Of a stretch of 64,000 nucleotides of DNA, positions 30,675 to 43,411 are shown piece after piece. The stretch is from the NCBI GenBank assembly GCA_051047955.1, contig JBPGPT010000010.1:124001-188000 (forward strand), given 5' to 3'. The notes below the pieces were generated by a model. The model saw nothing but the letters and a program-made list of their open reading frames with translations. It was not told where the DNA came from and did no database searches. The DNA is from Cystobasidiomycetes sp. EMM_F5. Lineage: Eukaryota. The position numbers and the translations under genes are program-made. Position 1 is the first letter of the stretch. Each line of letters opens with the position of its first letter.

Positions 30675-31282
30675 ACCACTCTGCAGATCGCGTTTGGTTG
30701 TGCCGTCAACGGCTCCTTACTCTCACAGGAGGCCACCCCTCGTAGCGTTGTTGTGATATGTAGTCGCAGCTAAATTCCAATAATAATAACGACTGCCATG
30801 AGTGGTCCTGCACGACAGTGAGCATGCATCAATGGCTAACCCTACAGGGATCCGCTTGAATGGGGAAAAATTTCGCAGCCAAACGCAGCTGATGACGGGC
30901 ATAACTAATTTGCCGCAATCTAATCTGATCAAAATCTTGGCCGTGGGGTAGTAACTTATACATTGAAAAAGCCGTCAATCACAGCCATCTCATCGCTGAC
31001 TTGAGTCAGCCGTATGTTCCAACACTGTTCGTTGTATGTGCTTGTGCAGAATTAGTGCATGTTCCAGTCGAGTCGCTTGCCTTTCTATATTGCGAGTTGA
31101 GACGCCTCGATGTTCCGAGTTGAGCGGTATTCGTGCAGCCTGAGTTGCAGGGAGGCGCAGGGAATGCTAACGGAAGAAATGGATACGTCCCTCGGATCTA
31201 AGTAGAGCGTTGGTGCCTCGGAAATGATCAGATCCATCGCAAGCTTCGTGACTCCGCCGTTCGCCCGGTCCTCATCTTGGCC

Positions 31283-31291
31283 ATCTGATAA
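31283..31291 (+). promoter_or_regulatory. Iron-responsive GATA-factor site (ATCTGATAA)
   Basis: Exact match to the SreA/Fep1-type ATCWGATAA consensus, about 170 bp upstream of the siderophore transporter ATG. Confidence 0.6.
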
Positions 31292-31462
31292 AAATTGCAG
31301 GATGGGAAAGAAGACCCGAGGCCGGTCTCTTTTTTCTCTTTCCTCTCTAGAAGTCAAGTCTCGCGGTAACCCATCGTTGTGAGGTGTGCAAGCCTTACAT
31401 CGAGCATAAGCTGACTCTTACGTCTCGCATCCCTCTCTTGCAGGCTTGTTGCGTCGCGCCAA

Positions 31463-33911
31463 ATGGATCAGTCGACCGATGTCAAGAGAAGCCGAAGCAG
31501 GCCAGATCCGGGAGAGAATCCGTTTGACGAGGAAGCTCACCGCGTAGTAGCTACACAGGCGGGTGTCAAGAAAGCCGAAGGTAAGCTTGTCATTTTTCAC
31601 AAGTCCCGATCTTATCTGATTGGGCGGGGCCAATCTGATCTGGCGAACTTTACCCTTGCGGCCGCAAAATTCGGAAACCTCAGCTCTTCAGAATGCTAAA
31701 GTCTGGGGCAAGCACTCTACCGTTCTCTTATTTGCCGGTATGTATTTTACTGTTCACACGTTCTTCATCCGCTTATATCGTACGCATCCTCAGGCATCGT
31801 CCTCATCTCCTATACGTACTCCCTCGACGGAGTCACGACATGGCAGTATCAGGCGTATGTTGGCGTGAATGTGCAACAGATGCAATACTGGTATTGACGA
31901 CTCAACATGCAGGATTACCACTTCAGCCTTCGGACAACATTCGCTGCTCGGCGCTGTAGCCACAGTCGGTGCAATCATTCTGGCCGTAGGTGTCGTACCT
32001 CATCGTCGGACATACCGATAGCTGATGCAACCACTTGGCGCAGGTTGCGAAACCCATCACCGCCAAAATCGCAGACTTGCTTGGTCGAGGTGAAGCATGG
32101 ATTATCGCAATCGCACTATATGTCATCGGATATATTGTCCTCGCTGCATGCCAAAGTGTTGAGTCTTATGCTGCTGGCTGGTGGATCCGCACTTGCGGGT
32201 ACGCTGGTGTGCAAATCCTCATTCAAGTGAGATCGTACATTTGGCTTTTACGACGAAGGATAATAATCTAAGTACACTTTTCTAGATCATCATAGGTGAC
32301 GTGACAACACTACGATATCGTACCTTTGTGTCTGCTCTCACTTCGGCTCCGGTAAGTCTGCTCGACTCATGACCATCCGGCATCCAGCTCAACATCCATT
32401 CTTTAGTACTTCGTGAATGCTTTCGTCGGCTCAAACATCGGAGGCGGCATTATTGGAAGTGGAGGGTGGCGATGGGGCTATGGCATGTTTGCCATCATCC
32501 TGCCTGCTTGTGCACTCCCCATCATTGGCATTCTGCTCTGGTCTCAACGTAAAGCCAAGAAGTTGGGTATCGTACACAGTACAAATCCCTACGAAGAAGT
32601 CCAGATGCGCGAAGACGTTGCCAAAGTCCCCGTTCTGCGACAAGTCATCATGGCTGCCAAGGAGGTCGATATTGTTGGCTTGCTCCTGTTCACAGCTGGA
32701 TGGACTTGTCTGCTACTGCCGCTGACTCTCGCCAAGTAAGCTATATTGAGCTGAGGAGGAATACATTTTGTCTGACCGAAATTTTATCGACAAATCGTGC
32801 AGCGGTGGGACACTTGCGTGGTCCAACTACAAGATCATTGTTCTTCTAGTATTCGGGCCCCTCATCTTGATCGGTCTTGCTTTCTACGAAGGCCTGATTG
32901 CTCGCTTCCCCTTCATCCCTGCTCGCTTCCTGAGGAATCCTACAGTATTGGCAGCAGCTCTCATCGGATTCTTCGACTTCATCAGCTTTTACCTGCAGTT
33001 CACCTACCAGTACTCCTTCATTTGTACGCATCCTCAGTTTGTTGCGCGTATGCTTGTGTGTGGAATACTGACGCCGTGTGCTTCTTAGTCATCGTCAAGA
33101 GTGACTGGTCGTACACGGACCAAAACTACTTCTCTCAAACGCAGACCCTTTCCCTGACTTTTGCTGCCATCGCCGCTGGAGCAATCATCATTTATATTCG
33201 CCGCTACAAATGGATGCTTATGTTCGGCCTTCTCCTTCGTTTGTTCGCAGTCGGCCGTGAGTGCAGCACATTTCCATGGCTAGAGCTCCTTGCTGACATA
33301 ATTGAGACGCTAGTCATGATTCACTCCAAGGGTGCCAATGGCTCTACCGCCGAACTCGTCATTGTTCAATTGCTACAAGGTCTTGGCGGCGGTATTGCGG
33401 GCGTCGTGCCACAGACGGCTGCTCAGGCTTCCGTACCGCATCAAGATCTGGCCTCGGTCACCGCCGTAGTGCTACTCTTTGCTGAGATCGGAGGCGCTAT
33501 CGGTACAGCCATTGCTGCAGCAATCTGGCGCCATGTCATGCCAGGCCAGCTGAACGAACGTTTGACTGGACTCGCTGGAATCAATCAAACGACAATCGAT
33601 GGCATCTATGGCGCTATCACCACCGCCGTTGTCTACCCAGATGGGTCTCCCATTCGAGCGGGGATCGTGGGCGCGTAGTGAGTGTCCCCTGATTTGGCTC
33701 GCACCATTCCCATATTGAGCATTACTTTCGCAGCGACTATACAATGAAGATTATCCTGATCGTAGCAACCATCGTTGCAATCGTTCCGCCAGTCCTCGTC
33801 TTCATGATGAAGGATATCAGACTGGATGAGCGCCAGAACGCTGTCGAGAACAAGGGGACGGACGGCCTTAGTATCACAGATTCGGAGTCCGAATACGATA
33901 TGAAGAAGTAG
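31463..33911 (+). CDS. MFS siderophore-iron transporter (Sit1/Arn/MirB family)
   Basis: QAGVKKAE, YVYSLDG, VAKPITAKIADLLGRGEA, QIIIGDVTTLRYR, WRWGYGMFAII, QASVPHQDLASVTA, GGAIGTAIA; many introns. Confidence 0.92.
31612..31620 (-). promoter_or_regulatory. Intronic iron-GATA site (ATCAGATAA on minus strand)
   Basis: TTATCTGAT in intron 1 of the siderophore transporter, followed by ATTGG/CCAAT and a second ATCTGAT. Confidence 0.5.
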
Positions 33912-34258
33912 TGATTGAACAGATCGATAGATCCGGCAAAGTAGTAGTGTCGACTCTTGAAGACTTACTTTCGTTCACTAAGGCCGCACGAGTCAGTGGT
34001 CGAATGAATGGCTCCGCGTTAGATATAATCGATAGTAGCGTAGAATACCAGGATACTCTGTTAGATGGTCTTTACCAGCTCTTCCTACATTGTTTCGGAG
34101 TAGTAATGCAGTAAATCATCTAGGTCCTCCTCAAGTCAACCTCGTTGGCTCGAGCCAAGACGTAGGATTAGGAACAGGATCTCGGCTTGCGGTCCTACCT
34201 ATGCTCTCAGGCATTGCTGTCCACGCACACCCGGGGCATTAAGCCCGAATGACGGCAA

Positions 34259-36098
34259 ATGACAGCGTGGTCGCTTATCGGACGTTGCATTCTGCACACT
34301 GCTCTAGGAACCGCTACATCTCACATAGCATACCTCTATGCTAGACTATGCGCACCCATTTGGTCGCACACCACGCCTAGCTACGCTATCGCTCAGACTC
34401 TCTCTATTGCATTACTGACCGCCACATACTGGCCACACCACACGTACCTCTCTGCAGGATCTTCTTTCTATGCACTGCCGCTGCCTCACAGCTTTCTGCT
34501 GTTTTCGTTCTCCCTGGCCATCGGACCATGGCTCATACACAACTATCTATTCTCGCGAAGTTGGCTGCTAGGACCTGTGTGGGGACCGCGGCTGGTTCAG
34601 TCTACGTTCGTGTGGCCGTTGGTATGTCTATGTACACTCTTGACTGTCGATGCTACCAGAGTGGGTCTTTTACACAAAGTGATTAGCACTTCCTCCGTCG
34701 CTGATGCCTAGCCTTTCTCTGTAAGGTCACCACAAGGAGCCGAATAAACACAGCTATTATCCCGACAGTCTCTCGAGCTTTCTGCTGGGTGTTCAATCGC
34801 TGGGAGGTTTGGTCATACATCCCGGATAGATATGCTACGCTTGATCCCATGGCAGGTGTACGTTAACGAATGACACTGCCAATGCGTGGAGATCACCTAA
34901 CAGCACTCTCCAGATCAATGCGTATAAGGACATATTTATGGTTGCCTCTATGATATTCTACGTAACGCTACACAAGTCCCAGTCAGCGAGCCCGAGATCT
35001 CCCACAAAGATGGCTCGCATGATGATGCCGCAAATTATATTCGGCTCTGTTATTCTTCTCGTCCTGCGAAATTTGAGTCAATCTCGTCAGAGCGGCGATT
35101 GTGACATTGCACAGCGCGGATGCCGTAGCTCAACCGATACGCGCATCCTCGCAAGGCGCTTCAGCTTGACAGGAGCAATCTCGGTTGCTGAACACCTCGA
35201 GCAAGGTCGATGGCTGCGAGTCCTCCGTTGTGATCATTCCATTTTGGGCGGTGTCTGGCTGGATCCGGGTCTGTCAGACTTGACGCTGGCTGACTCCATA
35301 TACGCAACCTTCCACGTCCAGGAAGCGGTGCGACTCATCAAGCGCAGTTTCCATGAGGTGCCCAGGGCGCTCGTCATCGGTCTTGGTATCGGAACAGTCG
35401 TGAATGCTTTGGAAGCGCACAATGTGCCGACAACGGTAGTCGAGATTGATCCCGTTGTCTATCAATTTGCTACAACCCATTTTGACCTATCAAAGCCCGC
35501 CGGCGGTGTCTACATCATGGATGCTCGACAGCATCTGCAGGATACTCTGCAGACTTACCATTATATCGTCCACGACATTTTTACTGGCGGCTCCATGCCG
35601 CCACATCTGCTCACTATCGAGACCTGGAGCCTGATGAGGACACGGCTAGCCCCTGAAGGCATTGTAGTCATAGTGAGTCATCAGTCTGGGAATCCGGCAG
35701 AGTATTTTCTGATGTGTATGCAGAATTTTGCTGGTCACCCGTACACTGGCAATGGCAAGACTGTCTTGAATACGGCAATTCGCTCTTTCGAGCATTGCCG
35801 AGCATTCAAAAGTCCTGAGGCGAGTCACTCCGAATATGTCAATATGGTATTGTTTTGCTCATCGGCGCCACTCACGTTCCGGCAAGCACGCTCTGCGGAC
35901 TACCTGCGCACGCATCAAAGAAAGGTTGCACTTGAACAACTGGACTCGCTGGAATTTGATATGAACAGACTCCGAGACGACGCGGAAAGACCACTAACGG
36001 ACGCAAATACTGGCCGCTTCGATCAGCGTAGTGAGGTTATTGATCATTGGTATATCATGCGCAGTGTATTTAGCAGTGAATTTTGGCAGCTCTGTTGA
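34259..36098 (+). CDS. Membrane-anchored spermidine-synthase-like SAM-dependent transferase
   Basis: Hydrophobic N-terminal half, then SLTGAISV, LRCDHSILGG, LVIGLGIGT, VVEIDP, MDAR, YIVHDIFTGG and NMVLFC; about 3 introns. Confidence 0.85.
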
Positions 36099-36120
36099 GT
36101 ATATCATCGCTAATCCCTGG

Positions 36121-38235
36121 CTATGCAAATTCTGCTTTGATGACAAGCTTTTTATCAGCGCCCATACTTGCGACTTCTTTTGTCACCTGCAAGATGATGT
36201 CGCGATTCCGAGTATCCCTGGCCATTGCGATCTTGAAGTGCTTTAACAATTCTTTGGTCGTCGGTCCTCTCTGACGAATGAAGTCGACAATGTCGCTTCT
36301 TGGTATCAAAGCAGAGTCATCGCCTGGCGCGACAGGAGTAATGGGTGGTGCGGGAGACGGACTGCCCGGCTTGCGACGCTTCTTTGACTTCTCCTCAGTT
36401 GCCACCCCATCCCCATTCGGTGATTGACCCTCCTCAGCCTTACGTTTGCTTAGTGACGGAGGCGGCGTGGGTGACGCTTGTCGAGACTGCGAAAGAGCAG
36501 GACTAGTAGCACGTCTCGCCAAATTGCCTGGCGATGCTCCAGCGGCCGGCGATCCGCTACGGGACGTCGGGCCGGCCGATGGCTGTCGAGACGTCAAACC
36601 GCCAGGCAGTCTCGGTCCGCCGTTCGGAGGAGCTTGGGATCCGCTGCGCGACAAGCTAGCTGAGCTTTTCCCAGAGTACCCTCGTTTATCCTTTTCGTCC
36701 TTGATCCTCTGGCCTCTGAGTCTATCCGACTCCGAGTCCGAGCTTTCAGAGCTGTTGCCAAAGGCATACGGGTTGATATCGTCCTCGTCGTCGTCTTCTC
36801 CATCGTCTTCATCCTCTTCTTCGTCTGGCCTACCCTGCCTGCCTCGTTTCGCAAGCAACTTTTTCATCCGCCTGCCAGCTTTTGTGAGTTGTTGGCTTGC
36901 ATTCGTATCATCCTCTTCCGGCTCGTTCACTTCGAGAGCAGGATGGGCACCACGCATTTCCCGTCTGATACGCTCCTCGAGTTCCTTCGTGCTCTCCTCC
37001 TCGATAGCCTCGTCACCAACTTGTCCGATACCCTCTTCATCGTCCTGGAAGTCCTGTTCAAACTCGAACTCTTCATACTGATCTTCAGCGAGCTAGGGCA
37101 TTACAGTCAGTGAGTATAGCCCGAGTTTCATTCGATCAACAGGAGGACTTACCGCAGCCCTTCTCTTCGGTCTGACTGCCGCTTTACCAGCCCTGCGCTG
37201 CGAGGGTCCCGCTGCTTCCTCGTCGTCGTCATCGTTGGCAGGTTCGTCATTGACGACCGTTTTGAACCCGCGCAGATGGGTTTGGCCCTGCTCATCGTCT
37301 CTCGAGTTCGCAAAGCGACTTCTGTAAGTCATTGGCTGAACAGAACCATTCGTGGTTGCGTTGCCGCCAGGCACTCGTATTTGACGGGTTGCCGAAGGGC
37401 CGGAGGCAGCTGGTGCAGAAGTACGACGCTGCGCAAACCACGTCTCCATGTCACTCGATTTCTGCATACGCTTGTACTCGTCTTCGGCTTCATCGGCCGT
37501 CAGACCTGCAATTTTGGATTTGCTCGAGAAGCGATACCATCTGTTGGCAGGGACGACCTTGAAGGCGGTTTCGGATCCAGGCGACGTGTCTAGCACAAAC
37601 AGAGCGTATGATGATCCCTCTCCTCCTGTAGATGCAGCAGTCGCTCCGGAATCCATCTGACCTATCCATTGCGTTTGAATAGGGGGCTTATGGTCGTCGG
37701 TGGTTTCGAGCACCCATGGATGTTGCTCTTCAAAGTGCACGCGACGATTCTTGCTAGACTCTTCTGTAATGTAGACTCGCCGTGTCTTTTCAGACGGACC
37801 AAATCGCCCTTTGGGTCGGTATGAGACTGCCTTGGGTCCGTTGTCCCCTTGCGCTTTACCGATAAGGCTCTCGTCGCGTTCTTCCTTTTCTTTCTTGACC
37901 ATGGCAGCAGTGTATCCTGGCATACCGGGCTTGAGTTCTCCTTGCTGGATATCTGTGCCATTCGCTGCAGCGACAGCAGCGGCCTCGGCTGCGGCAGCAG
38001 CTTCTGCGGCTTGACGTGCGGCAGCTTCCTCATCCCACCGCATTCTTCGCAAGTCTCTTCGGTTCATTTTCGCACTTCGCCAGTGCCGTGGATCTGATAC
38101 ATCGCTCGAAGACGACGACGGCGCCAAACGCATCACATTGTGACGCCAACCTCGAGTAAAGTCTGCCGAGCTCAGTAGCAGGTAGTCGGTGTACTCGCCC
38201 AGCTCGTCCCCATTATCTTCAGCCTTCGCGGCCAT
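36121..38235 (-). CDS. TFG1: Transcription factor TFIIF large subunit (Tfg1/RAP74)
   Basis: EEQHPWVLE, WIGQ, FKVVPANRWYRF, LTADEAEDEY, acidic YEEFEFEQDFQDDEEG, C-terminal winged-helix-like segment (TTKELLKHFK); 1 intron. Confidence 0.9.
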
Positions 38236-38533
38236 TGCGTTTCCAGCTTCAGACAGTCAGCATTGGCAAATTGGCCTGTTGTAGAACAGTGTCTACAGCG
38301 CTCCAAAGAGGTGGCAATAAGCGCGTAAAATGCGAATAGATTCGGCGTAAACATGTGTACTACGGCATACATGCAGCTATCTGTGACGCGCTCAGCATCA
38401 AGCAACCGCTAAGGATCAAGAAGTGGCGTAGCTAGGAAAGCGCTGATGTCTAGGTTCTCCACCCAGCGCGACAGCACTGTGGACGGTAACATTTGCTTAC
38501 AACAGTACTGAGCCCCTGCACGAGCTGACGTCT

Positions 38534-39300
38534 TCATTCATCATAATTCAGGTCAAATGTGTCCGGTGACTCCTCGAACACCTCCGCCGGCAGCAAGACC
38601 AAAAGGTGTCCGAAGCTGACGATGGACCATAGACAGCCATGTACAAGCATCCCTGTCCGGTAATCCCACCACTTCAAAGGTAGTGGGGTATCGGCGCTGG
38701 AAAATCCAAGGGCGCCTTGCATGTACATTGCACCAGACCAGCAGCACGCCGCTATGGATACCGCCTATGGAAGTGTGTCTTCCATCAGCGTGCATGTATG
38801 GGCCAAATGCGAAGAAGAACAGACCCGCCCTGCTCTCTTCCAGTCATCGATGGCGCAAGCATCCGCATTGGCGAACCTTTGATCAAGGTGGGCCGTCAAC
38901 ATGGATAATATCCACATCATCAGGGGTACCGCTGGCAAATCTCGCGTAATTTTAACGTTATAGTCACGCACACATGCCAGAACACCTATGACCGTGAGGT
39001 GTATGCTGTGCACCACAATTTAGCAGCACGGGATACTGAGTATGCACGATCACCAACAAATAAAAGAGGCGAATGATGTCAACTGCTTAAACGTCTCAGC
39101 CTGTTTGCCGCATGCTAGTAAAGCGTAATCTGCATAATCATTGCGTGCTGACCTATCAGAATGCGTAAATGCCTGTTTGTCCGCCACCACAGGCAGCGAT
39201 GCCGTATGAATGAGGAGAAGACGGCCCGGTAGTGTGTAATTGATTGACGTGTCATATACGTAGAGACGGACATCGGGACGCTGCTGGCCGTGATACCTGT
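38534..39300 (-). CDS. Hypothetical multi-exon membrane protein; 5' end unresolved
   Basis: Splicable hydrophobic exons IHLTVIGVLA / VPLMMWILSML...WKRAGR / AVSIAACCWSGAMYMQGALGF...MLVHGCLWSIVSFGHLLVLLP...YDE*. Confidence 0.4.
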
Positions 39301-39903
39301 TAAAAGGAATGGAAGCAAGACGCTGGGACAGTTTGGATCTGTCGTATCGTTGTATGCTTCACGGAACGACTGGAATGCCGTTCCGCAGATGCGTCCAACG
39401 ATTCAAGTTGAACAGATGGGTTGAGATATCACTCGGGCGTGATCTTGCCGTCAGCATTTGCGATGGGCAAGACATTAGGAGCCGGACGTGCGCACGCTGA
39501 TACAACGTCCGATGAGCGACCGGGCGGCATCGCGGATAGATTTTCGCGAGAAGTCGAGCGGGAGCTCGTCGCAAACACCACATCTAGAGGCGTAGGAAGC
39601 TTGTGATGTAATCCCAATCTTCTATTGCTTGGAGGCGTTAGCTGGGAGAGATGCATCTATTCATTTTACACCAGGCGAGAAGGGATAAGAGGTCTTCGAT
39701 GCAGGGTTAGCCGAGAGAGACATCACACAAGTGGCAGGTCATTTAGGGAGAGGTCTCCGACGCATGCTTAGCTCTGCAGAGCCAACCTGTGCATCGATCA
39801 GTGCTTTGCGATTTGAAGTCGGAGAAGCTCGTGCTGAGCTTGATAATTCGCCAACACCTTTGCGTCCTGAAATCGGTCACTTCTGCTAATTCTACATCTC
39901 AAG

Positions 39904-40514
39904 ATGCGCACCTTTGCACGCCTCGCTCGTCCGGTTGTCTTTGCTGCCCGAACTGCAGCAGCCAGTCGACCGGCTTTCCTGGCGCAACCATTGGTACAGC
40001 GAGCAGCTATTACACCACTTTTCAATTCGCAGCAAGTGCGTCTGGCGAGTGGGTTGTCGAAAGCGGATATCACATCCCGTATCGTCGAAGTGCTTAAGAG
40101 TTTCGAAAAGGTCGATGCGACCAAAGTGCGTGCATATTTCAGCGAAGATTGGCTGTCTTCATAGCTACACCAGCGTAGGAGAAGACTGGCTGACGGTTGT
40201 TTTATTGCCGACTTCTGCTATCAGTTGAGCGAAAGTTCGAGCTTTACTGGCGACTTGGGTCTCGACTCGCTCGACGCTGTCGAGGTGGTCATGGCTATCG
40301 AGGAGGAATTTTCCATTGAGATTCCAGACGATGAGGTACGTTGGCAGTGTTGTAAGTCTACAACGCCGAATAAATAACATGTCCACACCGTAGGCGGATG
40401 CCATTTCTACGGTACAAGAAGCAATCGACTACATTAGCAAGACGCCAGATGGTAAGAACACTCGCTGTTTATGTCTATCATTGTGCTGACTTTCCGCATT
40501 CTACAGCTCACTGA
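39904..40514 (+). CDS. ACP1: Mitochondrial acyl carrier protein
   Basis: Presequence, [38 protein letters not shown] (phosphopantetheine Ser); 8-nt terminal coding exon. Confidence 0.96.
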
Positions 40515-40729
40515 ACTACCATGGGCAATCAACCGTGATAGCATCGTGTATGATAGTGCCTAAAGTAACAATCTACATGAGAACTTGACCAGCAGCTGTC
40601 GCAGCTGAGAGCTTGCCGTCGATGCTCTGCCTCGTCTTGCGGAAGTCGGCAGTCTAGAATTATTCTTTACACCACTCCGTTGAGTTCAAGGATTGCATGA
40701 GATGTCATCGGAGATTGTACAACGCCATA

Positions 40730-43037
40730 TCACGCTGTCGACTTGAATGACCTAGGGTCACGAGGGAACAGACTTGCCCATCTAATGTTGGGTAAGCCCA
40801 GGAAGAACATGACTATGCGCTCTAGACCCAACCCAGCACCGGCATGGGGTGGGGCGGCCCATCTGAATGCATCAAGGTATTCTTGCATCTCTTCGGGCTT
40901 GATGCCGACAGCCTTCATCCGCTCTTCCAGTAGTGGCGCATTGTGCACACGTTGAGCACCTGACAAGATCTCCTCTCCTCTCATAAAGAAGTCGTAGGAA
41001 TTTGAGAGGGTCTGCGCGCGTCAATGGTCATCAGCTCAACCATTCTTGACAGTACAAAGCACTCTGCATTGCACTTACAGGATCAGCAGCATCTGGCATT
41101 GTATAGAAGGGCCTGAGAGCCAACGGGAACTTGTCGAGTATGTAATAGTCCGTCTGATGCTTCGCTTTGACGAGCCGGCCAAGTCGCTTTTCATTCTCGG
41201 TATTAATGTCTGCATCATCTTCGATCTCTACGCCGTCGTCGCGTAGCATTTTCAACCCTTCGCGATACGTAAGAACAACCGTCTTGTCGGGAAAGGTGAA
41301 ATTTTGGCTCGGAAATTGTGTGCGAACCTGCTCAATCTCTTTGCTGTACCGCTCCTGTAGGCCATGGAAAACGAAGCGGAGCAGTCCATCAAGGAGCTCC
41401 ATTACTTCGTGATAATGCTCCTCGAACGCCATCTCTAAATCAAGACCCATAAACTCTGTCATATGACGGTGAGTGCTGAGTATGAATAATTTAGCACGCT
41501 TGAATAGACATGTGAGGCCGACGGCACTTACTTCGAATCCTCAGCGCGGAAGACTGGTGCGATCTCGTACACTTTATCAAAGTCGGCGGATATGCACATC
41601 TGCTTGGCAAGTTGCGGGGATTGCGCCAAGAAAGCAGGACCTGTAACACCAAAACATCCTTTAGCCCGATAGTTGGCTTCGCAGAGCGCTGAAAACTTAC
41701 GCTTGAAATAGTCTACCTTGAAAACTGACGCACCGCTCTCGGTAGCGGCACCCTGCAGTTTCGGCGTGTGGATTTCGAAAAATCCTTGCTTCTCCAGATA
41801 TTCGCGGAACAGTAGACCGACGCCGCCTTGTATCCGGAATATTGCACGGTTTGTGGCGGTCTAACGACAGCCAATGTAAGCTGAGGCTAAAGATCGCTTC
41901 CGAAGGCGACATACTCTCAAGTCAAATGTTCTAGATTGCAATCGAGTATTGAGCTCGACACGACTGTATGTCGGGTCCTGTATGAAGGTGCGTGCATCAG
42001 TACTGATGTATTGGTGAGCTGTCAGAGCATCGGTATGTCTACCTTCTGGAAGTCTGCCTCTGGTCGTCCGGCATCCTCGAGCACAAATGGCAATTGTATA
42101 GGCGCTTCGGATATTGTGTGAATCTATGGCCTAAAATCAGCCAGAGATTACGCTCACTGCGCAATTATACGCACCTTTGACACCAGGATTTCAGCATCCT
42201 TCACGCTGCACGATTTTATCGGTTCTGGACTTGCTTGCACAGTTCCTTCTACAAGAACTATGCTCTCATTTGTGATGCCCTGCGCCCATTTGACCATTTG
42301 TTTCGAGATTGTCTCTGGTTTCTGCGATAGCAAGCCTTGAATGGTATTGCCGCCAGATTGACGGAACGTGAAGAATACCATCTTTGCTCCTTGTGCACGG
42401 GAATTGTGCACTCTTGCGCGGAACAGTATGCTTTTGCCTGCTTCGGACGCCGAAAGTGTCGATATGTTGGTCCTGGTGAGACCTGCGAAACGATCGCTCA
42501 GTAATGTGTATCCGTCGCATGCTACAGTCGTGGCGCACCAGGACGTTCCTGTGACTGATGCAGAGGCAATGCGCCGTAATTTTGCGATGCATAGTCCTGA
42601 GACAACAAATTAGACATACTCAAGCACGACTGGGATACATTGGAAGTTACGTACCACATCTGCCGCCTCTTTGGCAGCCTTGGCAGCAGCTTCCTTGGCT
42701 TCGCGTTCTTGTCGTTTCCGTTCCTTCTCAGCCTCTTTGGCTTGCTTTTTCAGTTCGCTCTTGGACGGGCCTTTCTTCTCGCTATCGTCTTGCACTTGTC
42801 TGCACAGTGTTATTGGTACGTAAGAAGAGGTTACAGACCAGTACAACCCGGATCCAACAGAAGGTTCGCCGAATAATGCGATGCAAACAATTTCCATTGA
42901 GTCACAGGTTGACAGGAACTCTTGCAATAAACTCACGGTTCATCCGCGCCGCCATGGGTCACTCTTGCATCAGTCGGCGCATCAGCCTGCTTAGCCTGTT
43001 CCACTTGGCCTGCCGGCGTTGGCTCTCCTGCTGTCAT
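40730..43037 (-). CDS. DPS1: Aspartyl-tRNA synthetase (cytosolic type); in-frame upstream ATGs at 43187 and 43241
   Basis: OB-fold [90 protein letters not shown]. Confidence 0.95.
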
Positions 43038-43411
43038 GGTCGTGTAGGCTGATACGAATGATCGATGTGCAGCAGGATGTCGAGGTAATCTTTGCGAGCA
43101 GGCTGGCGATGTAGTCTGCTGTGATTGCAGTAGTCTAGCAGGTTGGCGAAAGCGGCAAAGTCCAGCAATACCGCGTCGAATCAGCATGCAATGGTCGTGA
43201 GGCAATCTAGTCAAAGCCCAAAAAGTCTGGGAGTTGAGCATCCGAAAGCCGTCGCTCCTTTGAATAGCAGCACTACATACAATTACTGATGCGCACTAAA
43301 TTGACTGTCTGTGGCTGTCACAGACAGATTCCCGCTGCATGATGCGATCCCAGAACCCCCGCTCTCCCTCCTGCTAATTTGGTGACTGCTACTGATGACA
43401 TCCAGCGTCTC

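Noticed and set aside
36446..37081. Long antisense ORFs (also 15788-16441, 8843-9208, 59208-59612)
   Set aside because: They lie opposite well-supported genes, show mirror low-complexity composition and have no motifs of their own.
40514..40760. AspRS as an ErdS-type AspRS-DUF2156 fusion
   Set aside because: The frame stops a few codons after FPRDP and the convergent ACP1 gene is about 200 bp away, leaving no room for the extra domain.
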